60,307 nt of DNA, from IMG/VR virus record IMGVR_UViG_3300006620_000021. One strand, 5' to 3'. Every line of letters begins with the position of its first letter. Within the stretch, counting starts at the first letter, position 1. The notes beneath the pieces are model-generated. The model searched no databases, was not told the origin of the DNA, and was given only the letters and a program-made list of their open reading frames with translations. A program made the position numbers and the translations under genes. Source of the stretch: an uncultured virus (IMG/VR IMGVR_UViG_3300006620_000021). Its lineage: Duplodnaviria; Heunggongvirae; Uroviricota; Caudoviricetes. Positions 38,191-47,337 of the stretch are shown here, one piece after another.

Positions 38191-38548
38191 AATTACTTAT
38201 TCTAGTAAAGAATACTAACTCGGAAGCGTACATAGATCCAATAACAGACTTACCTTGCCAATCAGATCCAACAACCATTACATTAGGTTGAATAAAATTA
38301 ATGAGTGCTTCTAATTCAAAATCAGAATCAAACAAGTGTACTTTATGTACTGCTTTTAAATTTTCTAAGAAGAACTTTCTTTCTTCTTGATTATATATTG
38401 GTCTAGATGGTCCCTTCTTTTCAGACACCCTACGATCAGTGTCTATACCAACATAGACTCTATCACCTAAAGACTTCGCAAAGTTTAAAAGTTCTAAATG
38501 CCCACGATGAAGTAGATCAAATGTACCATTAACAAAAACTTTTCTCAT
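38141..38548 (-). CDS. heptose-1-phosphate nucleotidyltransferase (HldE C-domain/HldC)
   Basis: NGTFDLLHRGH, KGPSRPI....R, VGSDW, YATT. Confidence 0.85.
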   Translation of the reverse strand: MRKVFVNGTFDLLHRGHLELLNFAKSLGDRVYVGIDTDRRVSEKKGPSRPIYNQEERKFFLENLKAVHKVHLFDSDFELEALINFIQPNVMVVGSDWQGKSVIGSMYASELVFFTRISNYATTKTIQDIIARGDV

Positions 38549-39165
38549 GAAAAAATTCTCTGCGTATCTTTTTCTGATAACATAAAACTAAAGACCCACA
38601 AAATTCTATTTGTCTTACCGACGATCTCATCAACCTGATGCTCTGCAGAAGACACAATATACATCAGAAGATCTGTATCCTCCACTTCCCAAGGTTCACC
38701 ATCAATGATAGTGACACCACCAGATTCTGGTTTCTGAGTTATGAAGTTACAATGGACGGTATGTGTTCCTTCAAACCATACGGGATCTGTATGTGGATGA
38801 ATTGTTCCACCCTCAAAACTAATCTCTGTAATTATACCATTCTTTCCAACAGGTGACAATCCAAAATCTCTAAAATCAAATGTTCTGACAATACTATTCT
38901 GTATCTCATGAGCCACATCTGGATATTTAAAATTTGGATTAGATGATGCTAGGAAGTTAATATGATCATGACTTTCCAAAAAAGGATTCATGTAATTTAC
39001 CAGAGGATTGGCAAACCTAGTTGTTAATTTTGTATTCCTAATAAAATTGGCATCCATCCTAGGATCCATAAAGATATCTCTACTGTAATTCTCTGTGGTC
39101 CAACGATTTAATTCATCTCTTTGCTCTTCACTAATGAAGTCTTTAAATGCTTGAACTACCTTCAT
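38545..39165 (-). CDS. putative 2OG-Fe(II) oxygenase
   Basis: HPHTD, QKPESGG, H.V.....R. Confidence 0.7.
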   Translation of the reverse strand: MKVVQAFKDFISEEQRDELNRWTTENYSRDIFMDPRMDANFIRNTKLTTRFANPLVNYMNPFLESHDHINFLASSNPNFKYPDVAHEIQNSIVRTFDFRDFGLSPVGKNGIITEISFEGGTIHPHTDPVWFEGTHTVHCNFITQKPESGGVTIIDGEPWEVEDTDLLMYIVSSAEHQVDEIVGKTNRILWVFSFMLSEKDTQRIFS

Positions 39166-40676
39166 TTTACGCCGTGCCCAGAGTAATAATGTATCCCCAA
39201 TTTATCACCTCTTGCTATTTTTATTAGGCACTGCTGAATCCACTCTCGATGTAGAATTGACTTCTTATGTTTTTCTATTTCATTCTTACAAAAATCTTCT
39301 ACAAGAATCCTCGATTGATCCTTATCAACACCATCATCTTTTGGTTCAACCAATTCTTTATCCAATAATTGGAAGATAAACATTGCCCAATTTTCTCCTT
39401 GGAACATAAAGTCACCCGAGACTGGAATTGTATATGGATTATTTAAAGTCTCATTCTCATAAAACTCTTGAGACTCTGACATTTTAAAAGTATCTTGAAC
39501 ATACTTCCAAAACTTTCCAGTCTCCCTCTTGTTGTGAGAGTAATGCATACTTACAAAATCAATACAGTCTTCATAGAAATGATTCATCTTCATATTGAAT
39601 AGTTCTGCATCAAGATCATTATAACAATGTCCCTTTACTGCTTCTACAATCTCAATTGCAGCTGCACATATCAATGCAATCCCAGTGCTTTCTAATGGTT
39701 CAATAAATCCACTAGACAATCCATTACAACAAACATTATCAACCCAAGAATTTTTATGATAATAAGGTGTCCAGTTTAAAACCTTTAGTGTATCTCTATT
39801 AACTCTACCATCCCAATAGTCAACGAAGAAATCTTTAGCTTCTTCAATATCAGTAACAGATTTATTGAATACTAATCCTGTTCCAATCCTGCTTTGATTT
39901 GGAGTCTTCCAGATCCACCCATGCTCTACAGCAGAGCATGTTGTATATGGTCTCATCTCAGAATCCATATCAATATACTGAGCGGGACCAGCAATAGCAG
40001 TATCACAAAACAATCTACCAGTACAATCCACACTATCTGGTTCTGGACCTAACAATCTTCTCCAACCAGTACAGTCAATAAACAAATCGGATTCAACTAC
40101 CTGCCCATCCTCAAGAGTGATAGAATTCAATCCACCTTTTGAATTTCTATCAACATCTTTTACACCAGATTTAACAAAACTAATTTTATTGCCAATCCTT
40201 TCCTTTATAAAATTAACCAATTTACCACAGTCAATATGATATGAATAGGTTGATATGTTATCTGGATCAACTTTATTCTCTGTTACTCCTGGATTATATA
40301 ATGCACAAGCATGAGTAAAATATTCAAGATCTTTATTCTTAGTCCAAAGATTTAAAAGATTAGTTTCAAGGAAATCAAATTCGGGAAAAGCAAATGGATG
40401 CCATAAGTTTTGACCTTCCTTTTGCCAGTCCTCAAAAAGAATACCACCTTTAAATGTGGCATCAATTTTACCTAACCAATCTTCAGGTTCAAATCCACAT
40501 TCCATCATAAACTGTTTGAAGCTAAGAATCGTCGCTTCACCAACACCCACTGCCTCACTCTCAGATTTATCAATGAGAACTATTTGTGTACGTTTTAATT
40601 TTGCATGTAAAAAAGCAGCGGTCATCCATCCAGATGTACCGCCGCCAACAACAACAATGCGATTAATTGGTCTCAT
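39162..40676 (-). CDS. flavin-dependent (tryptophan-type) halogenase
   Basis: GGGTSGW, GVGEAT, ATFK (catalytic Lys position), DLFIDCTG, GWIWKTP, GFIEPLESTG. Confidence 0.9.
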   Translation of the reverse strand: MRPINRIVVVGGGTSGWMTAAFLHAKLKRTQIVLIDKSESEAVGVGEATILSFKQFMMECGFEPEDWLGKIDATFKGGILFEDWQKEGQNLWHPFAFPEFDFLETNLLNLWTKNKDLEYFTHACALYNPGVTENKVDPDNISTYSYHIDCGKLVNFIKERIGNKISFVKSGVKDVDRNSKGGLNSITLEDGQVVESDLFIDCTGWRRLLGPEPDSVDCTGRLFCDTAIAGPAQYIDMDSEMRPYTTCSAVEHGWIWKTPNQSRIGTGLVFNKSVTDIEEAKDFFVDYWDGRVNRDTLKVLNWTPYYHKNSWVDNVCCNGLSSGFIEPLESTGIALICAAAIEIVEAVKGHCYNDLDAELFNMKMNHFYEDCIDFVSMHYSHNKRETGKFWKYVQDTFKMSESQEFYENETLNNPYTIPVSGDFMFQGENWAMFIFQLLDKELVEPKDDGVDKDQSRILVEDFCKNEIEKHKKSILHREWIQQCLIKIARGDKLGIHYYSGHGVK

Positions 40677-42465
40677 TATTCTTAATGTTGATCAGTTTAC
40701 TATATTCAGGTAAGTATAAGTATTCAATTCCAGAGTTTGCCAGAGTCCTACAAGCATCATCTAAAGTCTCAACCAATGGTTCTCCACCAAGATTAAAAGA
40801 GGTATTAAAGATAATCGGACATCCAGTCTTCTTGTAAAAGGTTTCAATCAAATCATGGTAATGCAAGTTTTGTTCTTTAGTTACCGTTTGAATTCTACAA
40901 GTGCCGTCAACATGAATGATCGAAGGAATTTTTTCTTCAATGCCATCTTGACACCTGACTGCATACATCATAAAAGGAGTCTCATCCATACCACGGAGAT
41001 CAAACCACTCATGAACATGTTCTTGAAGAATTGATCCTGCAAAGGGACGGAAGTATTCTCTTCTCTTAATCTCATTGACATGATCCTTGCCATTTGGATC
41101 TCTAGGATCATACAAGATAGATCTATTTCCAAGAGCACGAGGTCCTGCTTCAGACCTACCTTGGAACATTGCCACAATGTTCTTATTAGTAATCAGTTCA
41201 ACTACATCCTCATGAGTGGCATCAGTTACAGAATCAGCATTATACTTATCTGCAGTCTCCGCAATTTGATCAGTAGTATACATATGATAAAATCCAGTAT
41301 AAAGATTTTCAAGCTTCCCTCTAACATCCGTGCTACCAGTGACTCTATGATACTGTAAAAGTGCAGCACCAATAGCAGTTCCAGCATCATTGCTGACTGG
41401 TTCAACAAACAAGTTGATACCTTCATCTTTTAATTGATCAAGATACCAATAGTTCGCAACACAATTCAGACCATAACCACCAGAGAGAACAACATTCTTA
41501 TTACCACTAATGTCAACTGCCTTGCGAATGAGATCTAAGACCATTTGCTGTGATTCAGTTTGAATAGCATATGCAAGGTCTCTGCGATTCTCAAGCATAG
41601 TTAGATCATCACAATCTAATGGAGTATGAAGAAAATCATATCTACCTTCATTTACAACTGCACCATTAGGATAAGTAGGAACAATGACATTTCTATCAGA
41701 AGTCTTCCATGATCCACCACCACCATCAGTGTAGATTGTAGGAACATTCTTATTAGGTTTTCCATATGGGAATAGACCCATAGTCTTACCAGCTTCGATA
41801 GGTGCCCAACCACAATATTGAGTTACCGCTTCATATGCTTTTGTAATACCAGCACTCTCATCAAGAATCATCTCATGAGTGCCTTCTTCACCTTCACTAC
41901 TACTATCCATCTCTTCGATTCTAGCAGATCCCCATGGTCCTCGACCCGCTTGATGCTTATATAATGTCTTAAACTCTGAGGGATAATCACATGAGAAGAT
42001 AGTCTCAAGTTCCCAAGTCATCTCCTGTTCCATACCAATATTCATCGGCACAAAAGTTCCTGCGCCATCAACAACAAGTCCAACAGCACTTTCAAAACCC
42101 GACCGATAGAATGCACAAGCAGCATGCAGTTTATGGTGAGTCCTACTTAGATCAATGACTTGAGGATGATCGTGAGGATTAACATTCCTATCAATCAATC
42201 CCAACTTTCTTGCCAGACCAGTGTACATATCGTCACCAGTAAAATCAATTGTGCCTGCCTGACCCAAAGGTTGAGTGTGTGCAATCACAAGATAGTCTAG
42301 ACGATCAGTATAGTCAAGAATTTTTACCATGGACGCTAATGGTCCACCATCATATTTATTTCTAGATAGTCTCTCCTCCTCAATAGATAAAACCAATTCA
42401 CCATTGTGAAGTAGACACACTCCAGAGTTATGTCCACGGGCAATTGCCGCAATCCATTCTGACAT
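40663..42465 (-). CDS. carbamoyltransferase (CmcH/NodU/TobZ family)
   Basis: EEERLSR.K.D, HHKLHAA, GKTMGL, GPRALGNRS, KRREYFRPFA, NTSFNLGGEPLVET. Confidence 0.92.
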   Translation of the reverse strand: MSEWIAAIARGHNSGVCLLHNGELVLSIEEERLSRNKYDGGPLASMVKILDYTDRLDYLVIAHTQPLGQAGTIDFTGDDMYTGLARKLGLIDRNVNPHDHPQVIDLSRTHHKLHAACAFYRSGFESAVGLVVDGAGTFVPMNIGMEQEMTWELETIFSCDYPSEFKTLYKHQAGRGPWGSARIEEMDSSSEGEEGTHEMILDESAGITKAYEAVTQYCGWAPIEAGKTMGLFPYGKPNKNVPTIYTDGGGGSWKTSDRNVIVPTYPNGAVVNEGRYDFLHTPLDCDDLTMLENRRDLAYAIQTESQQMVLDLIRKAVDISGNKNVVLSGGYGLNCVANYWYLDQLKDEGINLFVEPVSNDAGTAIGAALLQYHRVTGSTDVRGKLENLYTGFYHMYTTDQIAETADKYNADSVTDATHEDVVELITNKNIVAMFQGRSEAGPRALGNRSILYDPRDPNGKDHVNEIKRREYFRPFAGSILQEHVHEWFDLRGMDETPFMMYAVRCQDGIEEKIPSIIHVDGTCRIQTVTKEQNLHYHDLIETFYKKTGCPIIFNTSFNLGGEPLVETLDDACRTLANSGIEYLYLPEYSKLINIKNNETN

Positions 42466-42474
42466 ATTAAAACC

Positions 42475-43599
42475 TCACTTAAGTTTCTGAAGAATATCTA
42501 CTGTGTTTGCTTTGGATTTACCAAAACCTTTGTTAGACGCATCAAATTTAGACGTATCTAACTGTGGCAACTTACTCATTTCCTGTTGTTTGTTCCCAGG
42601 TGATGCTGAACAAGATGAATAATCTTGTTGTGGAGGAGAGTAATCACCAGTATATGCAACGGATTTACCCATTCTATTTTTAACAGACTTGATAATAGAA
42701 TCAATCTGCTCTTTGCTCATCTCCATTGCTTCATCATTGAGTCGATCTTTAACCTCATCAATTGCAACTCTGATTGGAGAATAAACTCTTCTACCCTCTC
42801 CAATATCAATAACATCAAAGTCTTTGTGATCAGGATAAGAAATATTTACAGGGAATGTTGAACCTGTAACTACAGTGGCAGTCTTATCAAGTGCTCTTGC
42901 AATATGCTGACCCATGCTATCACATCCAAGAAGATGATCAGCAGCATTAATAACACCTGCCCAAACTCTCATGTCAGTAATCTGAGGTCTGGCAACTTTG
43001 TATCTTGCTTTATCTTCATTCTCTTCCAGAGGGAAGTGAATCTCACTCATGATAATGACAGCATATTCCTTCTTCAATTCATTAATAATATTGACAATAT
43101 TATTAAGAGAAAAACTTCTAGAGGAAGTGTCGATAATAAAGTCTTGACCTACTTGCTCTACAGATCTACCAAACGGTTGAACCACTAAGACTTTATCTTT
43201 ACCTGTCCCTGCTTTTACTTCCTCAACAATGTTAAATCCTTGAACTACTTCTGCTTTGTTCAGAACTACAGTTGGTTTGGGAAGTTCTCTTGGTTCATCA
43301 AGTTCATTGATGAGAATATCAAATGCTTGTGCAAGACTACACTCTTGGTTGTAGTAGTGCCAGCATCTATATGGTTCTGGACTAACACATTCTCTATGCT
43401 TAATCTCGTTTTCAAACAGACCCTTGTGCCAGTTATCAAAAACTTTTGTGGATAGAGTTGGATGACCTTTAAAAAAGTCGGTGCCTCCTTCACACACAAT
43501 GACAAAATCATCATGCGTTTCCGCATACTTTTCAAATGCAGGGATAGCACAAATTACTCGACCAGCTCCACCATTGATGAAGAACGCTTTAGACCTCAT
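42475..43599 (-). CDS. GT9-like glycosyltransferase (heptosyltransferase-like)
   Basis: GGAGR.I.AIP N-terminal loop; I.AAD..LGCDS..QH.A.AL.K.A.V..GST. Confidence 0.62.
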   Translation of the reverse strand: MRSKAFFINGGAGRVICAIPAFEKYAETHDDFVIVCEGGTDFFKGHPTLSTKVFDNWHKGLFENEIKHRECVSPEPYRCWHYYNQECSLAQAFDILINELDEPRELPKPTVVLNKAEVVQGFNIVEEVKAGTGKDKVLVVQPFGRSVEQVGQDFIIDTSSRSFSLNNIVNIINELKKEYAVIIMSEIHFPLEENEDKARYKVARPQITDMRVWAGVINAADHLLGCDSMGQHIARALDKTATVVTGSTFPVNISYPDHKDFDVIDIGEGRRVYSPIRVAIDEVKDRLNDEAMEMSKEQIDSIIKSVKNRMGKSVAYTGDYSPPQQDYSSCSASPGNKQQEMSKLPQLDTSKFDASNKGFGKSKANTVDILQKLK

Positions 43600-43651
43600 T
43601 TTTTCAACCTCAGGGTACTAATATTGCTATGACAATAGCATGATTTGATTT

Positions 43652-43658
43652 TATTTAT
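43652..43658 (-). promoter_or_regulatory. late promoter core ATAAATA upstream of the GT/carbamoyltransferase/halogenase/heptose run
   Basis: Intergenic ATAAATA. Confidence 0.6.
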
Positions 43659-43663
43659 CCCAA

Positions 43664-44365
43664 TCAAAAAAACATTATTTGAGTGAGACGATCGTATTCC
43701 GTATACATACCAGGTTGCATGATAGCACCATGCACCATATTTGCATCATAGATTATCAATCTATTATACTTCATTGGGCACACATATTGCAACCTTGGTT
43801 TAGGTTTTGGATTATCTTCCGTTGGGTTTTGAACTGTACAGAATCCAGTTCCTGGTACAGAATTTTCTTCACCATACTCTTCAGGAGTATTTAAAAAGAC
43901 TAAAGAACCCCACTTATTGTATGGTCCATCGACGTGGAATATATCATCCCATCTACCAGAGTCAACAATCTCCTTGTCATTCGTGACATTAACAACAAAG
44001 TGCATTGACCTCCATTTATTTGTGAAGTGCTCTTCATCAAATTCAATATGCCAATCCTCATGATTACATAGTTCTTTGAATACACCTGATAGTTGAAGAT
44101 ACAATTCCTCTACAATCTCAGGTTCATCTCTCCATACTCTTCTACCTATTGCACTAGCAAGACGTTCTTCATCAGTATATACAGGAGAATCCAATGCTAG
44201 TTGTCTAACTTCATCTGGATTTTTATAAAAATTATCTATCACAAATATGGGTTTACTTATGATCTCTCTTGTATCATAAAACATTCTCCCATCTTCTAAG
44301 GCATTCCATCGCATTTCTTTGATGGTATCCTTCATCACTCTTAGATCAGAATTAACTTCAAACAT
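43664..44365 (-). CDS. 2OG-Fe(II) oxygenase-like protein (DUF6445-like)
   Basis: VIDNFYKNPDEVR.LA, HVD, W..LVFLN, YNRLIIY....HG, RLTQ. Confidence 0.7.
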   Translation of the reverse strand: MFEVNSDLRVMKDTIKEMRWNALEDGRMFYDTREIISKPIFVIDNFYKNPDEVRQLALDSPVYTDEERLASAIGRRVWRDEPEIVEELYLQLSGVFKELCNHEDWHIEFDEEHFTNKWRSMHFVVNVTNDKEIVDSGRWDDIFHVDGPYNKWGSLVFLNTPEEYGEENSVPGTGFCTVQNPTEDNPKPKPRLQYVCPMKYNRLIIYDANMVHGAIMQPGMYTEYDRLTQIMFF

Positions 44366-44898
44366 TACAACAAAGGTATAGCGCCAAAATTTTGAGTAGG
44401 TGAAGCAGGGAGAGTATAATCTTCCCTAGACATAATATCAAATCCTAAAGTTATTCTTTTACCAGAATACTTTCTTAAATTTACAACTCTATGTGCATGT
44501 TTACCAGGACCAAAATATATGTTACCACATTTATTGTCAATAGTCCAATCCTCAAATTCGGTTACAGTGTCCTGAGGTTCTATGGATATGTAACCATGCC
44601 ACAATGCACTATGATTATGCCACCCAAGCACACTATCATGATCTTGGTAGTTTAACCAAGACTGAATCCAGAGTATGCTTTCGGGCAATTGTTCTCTTAC
44701 AATTTCCCTAACTTTTTCGTAAATTCTATACATGTGTATAGAAGGAGAAGATACCCCAAAGATATTATAGTAAGTGTAAGCCCCCGTGGAATCGGAGAGA
44801 CCATTACTCACTATGTGATCATGGGATATCTTCAGTTCTGTTATTATTTCTTGTTGGTTCTCTTTAATGTAATCAAAGTTATACAGAATATAATTCAT
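44365..44898 (-). CDS. 2OG-Fe(II) oxygenase-like protein
   Basis: QSWLN...WHNH...HGYI, HRV, RITLGFD. Confidence 0.65.
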   Translation of the reverse strand: MNYILYNFDYIKENQQEIITELKISHDHIVSNGLSDSTGAYTYYNIFGVSSPSIHMYRIYEKVREIVREQLPESILWIQSWLNYQDHDSVLGWHNHSALWHGYISIEPQDTVTEFEDWTIDNKCGNIYFGPGKHAHRVVNLRKYSGKRITLGFDIMSREDYTLPASPTQNFGAIPLL

Positions 44899-44935
44899 TC
44901 ACTATGATTCAATTGCTTAATTATATATTATAGCA

Positions 44936-45658
44936 CTATTCAGCAGGATCGCCTTTGCCTGCCGTTGCATCAGAATACTTAGTAGCTGCACTTGGTTGAA
45001 GTGGGAACATGTGCGTAGCAATGTTAGGATCAATGCTTGCAAGAGTTGCTGGCATATCTCTAAGTTTTTGTCTATACGCAGTCCATTCTGCTTTAAGTGC
45101 AGCAGGAGAATCCTCAACGATAGTATTATCACTGGAGTCGAGATGTTTATCTCTTACCATTTTGATATCATCCCAGGTAACATCTCTCTCAGTTCCGCAA
45201 ATAGATTGACTTACAGTTCTGGTTTTGACCTCTATCTTACCAGTCTCAAGGTTTTTGGATACTTCTGTACCATCATAGATATCATTAGGTTTTGGTGGTC
45301 CCCAAACCTTCAGCTGCTCATAACCCTCAATAGCAGGGGATTGTGGATGAGCAGTAGGAGTCTCATCATACTCTTCTTGTCTAGAGTCATCGATTGGTCC
45401 TCTTAACTGACAGACAAGAGGATCGGTAGAACAATCTACCTCAAACCACTCTGCAACATCCTCAGGAACGGGTCTACCGTCCACAATATCTTCTTCGGTT
45501 AAAGGACCATACTTCTCTTTGCCGTCCGCACCCAGTTGGAGCCAGATTTTATCTGGACCATGGTACGTAAATTTACGAGTTTTTCCTTCAGACTGAGAAT
45601 GGTCTACTTGGTATTCGTTGGGGAGACCCAGATCAAATTCTATAGAAACTTGTGCCAT
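44936..45658 (-). CDS. tail fibre assembly chaperone-like protein
   Basis: C-terminal W..IK..RD..L..SD......W..YRQKLRD.P....FP..P. Confidence 0.75.
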   Translation of the reverse strand: MAQVSIEFDLGLPNEYQVDHSQSEGKTRKFTYHGPDKIWLQLGADGKEKYGPLTEEDIVDGRPVPEDVAEWFEVDCSTDPLVCQLRGPIDDSRQEEYDETPTAHPQSPAIEGYEQLKVWGPPKPNDIYDGTEVSKNLETGKIEVKTRTVSQSICGTERDVTWDDIKMVRDKHLDSSDNTIVEDSPAALKAEWTAYRQKLRDMPATLASIDPNIATHMFPLQPSAATKYSDATAGKGDPAE

Positions 45659-45698
45659 GGTTATTACTACTTAAAAAAGGTTGACTTACTTTTAATAA

Positions 45699-45706
45699 TA
45701 TTTATA
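45699..45706 (-). promoter_or_regulatory. T4 late promoter TATAAATA
   Basis: Exact consensus overlapping the upstream stop codon. Confidence 0.75.
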
Positions 45707-46490
45707 GGAAACTAATCTTAACTAATCCAGGACCGCCAGTGCCGCCCTTGGCGCAGCAGTTGCTACCACCACAGTATGTGGTCATACCACCCTGCCCACC
45801 ATGTGCATATGGAGAAGTCCAGCAACCACAACGAACCCAACACTCATGGAGTTGAGCTTGAACTTGTGTACCAATAAATGGTGCAGCAGTTGGAGCGTGT
45901 CCAAAGCAGTGACAATGACACTCAGACATGTGAGTAACAAATGATCCTCTATGGTTGCCCATTCCAAAGTCACCACCATGAGCGTTTGGTTCCATACAAC
46001 ATCTACCCCAGTCAGAGTGGCAAGCAGTATTCCAAGAGGAGTTAGCACAACCACCACTACCACCCATGGCACAGAAGTTGCTCAGTCCAGTACCATTAAC
46101 GTAAGATGCACATCCATGACACGCATAACAATCAACACTCTCACATGGGTGAGTGCCACCAGCACAAACTGTGTACTGAGCACCAGCAGTTACTGTAAGC
46201 GTTTTGCTATTATAGTATCCACCTTGGGCACCAGCATAGTGCTGACATCTACCAGTAGAGCACGCTCCGTGACCGTTACCACCTGATCCCCACAGTTCAA
46301 AATGTACTCTCCTAACACCTGCAGGAACAGTCCAGAGACAGCAACATCCAGTTGAGCAACGGTTAGGTGATCCATAGAACCATTTGACACACCAAGTATC
46401 AAATACACCAGTAGCAACAGCAGCTTGTGGGATACTACCATCAACTATTGAATCTGTTAGGATCTTTTTATAGCTAGAGTAAGATGCCAT
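45702..46490 (-). CDS. Cys/Gly-rich virion (fibre-associated) protein, paralog 3
   Basis: 26 Cys in 262 aa; WTVP.GV....FELWG.GG...GG.GLV.I Gly-rich domain. Confidence 0.7.
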   Translation of the reverse strand: MASYSSYKKILTDSIVDGSIPQAAVATGVFDTWCVKWFYGSPNRCSTGCCCLWTVPAGVRRVHFELWGSGGNGHGACSTGRCQHYAGAQGGYYNSKTLTVTAGAQYTVCAGGTHPCESVDCYACHGCASYVNGTGLSNFCAMGGSGGCANSSWNTACHSDWGRCCMEPNAHGGDFGMGNHRGSFVTHMSECHCHCFGHAPTAAPFIGTQVQAQLHECWVRCGCWTSPYAHGGQGGMTTYCGGSNCCAKGGTGGPGLVKISFL

Positions 46491-46522
46491 CTCTTTTTAA
46501 ACCTCTTTATTAATAGTATTTA

Positions 46523-47323
46523 TCAATAGTATGTAATTCTGACCAATCCTGGTCCACCCATGCCACCAGTACCACAGCAGCTGCTGCCACCACAGTAAGA
46601 TGTCATAGCATTCTGTCCACCATGACCATATGGAACGGTCCAGCAACCACAACGCATCCAACAGAAGTTAATAGACATCTGAACTTCCGTACCAATTCTT
46701 GGTGCAGAAGTTGCTCTTGTTGGTTGGTTATGGCAGTGGCAGAATCCCTGACCAAACCACCAGTTTGGAGAACCGAATGCACCTCTGTGACCAATCGTAC
46801 CGAAGTCTCCGCCGTTGCCTCCTGCCTGTAAGCAGCAAGTATTAGTAGAGTGACATGCAGTTGTCCAACTATCGTTAGCACAACCACCAGCACCACCAAT
46901 GGCGCAGAAATTACTTAAATTTGTTCCATTAACATAAGATGCACATCCTTGGCATCCATTACAATCTCTTCTACAACAGTTACCATTGCCAGCAGCACAG
47001 ACTGTATAAGCTGTACCACTAGTAGTGGTAATATACTTAGAGTTATATGCTCCACCTTGAGCTCCAGCATAGTGCTGACATCTACCAGTAGAACATGCTC
47101 CAGCTCCAGATCCTCCCGAACCCCAAATCTCAAAGAATAGATTAGTTACGCCGTCAGGAACAGTCCAGAGACAGCAACATCCAGTTGAGCATGCATTAGG
47201 GGATCCATAAACCCACTTAACACCAAAGGTCTTCCTAGCATCAGGATCTAACTGAGCAGCACCAATAGACGCATCCGAAAAGGATGATCCATCGACCTTC
47301 TTATAACTTGCATACGATGCCAT
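46523..47323 (-). CDS. Cys/Gly-rich virion (fibre-associated) protein, paralog 2
   Basis: Same motif set as neighbours. Confidence 0.7.
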   Translation of the reverse strand: MASYASYKKVDGSSFSDASIGAAQLDPDARKTFGVKWVYGSPNACSTGCCCLWTVPDGVTNLFFEIWGSGGSGAGACSTGRCQHYAGAQGGAYNSKYITTTSGTAYTVCAAGNGNCCRRDCNGCQGCASYVNGTNLSNFCAIGGAGGCANDSWTTACHSTNTCCLQAGGNGGDFGTIGHRGAFGSPNWWFGQGFCHCHNQPTRATSAPRIGTEVQMSINFCWMRCGCWTVPYGHGGQNAMTSYCGGSSCCGTGGMGGPGLVRITYY

Positions 47324-47337
47324 TTTTAGCTGTCTCC

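Noticed and set aside
46115..46130. CYACH (CxxCH) heme-c motif
   Set aside because: His is not conserved in the paralogs (CYACQ, CNGCQ), there is no signal peptide, and it is likely by chance in a Cys-rich protein
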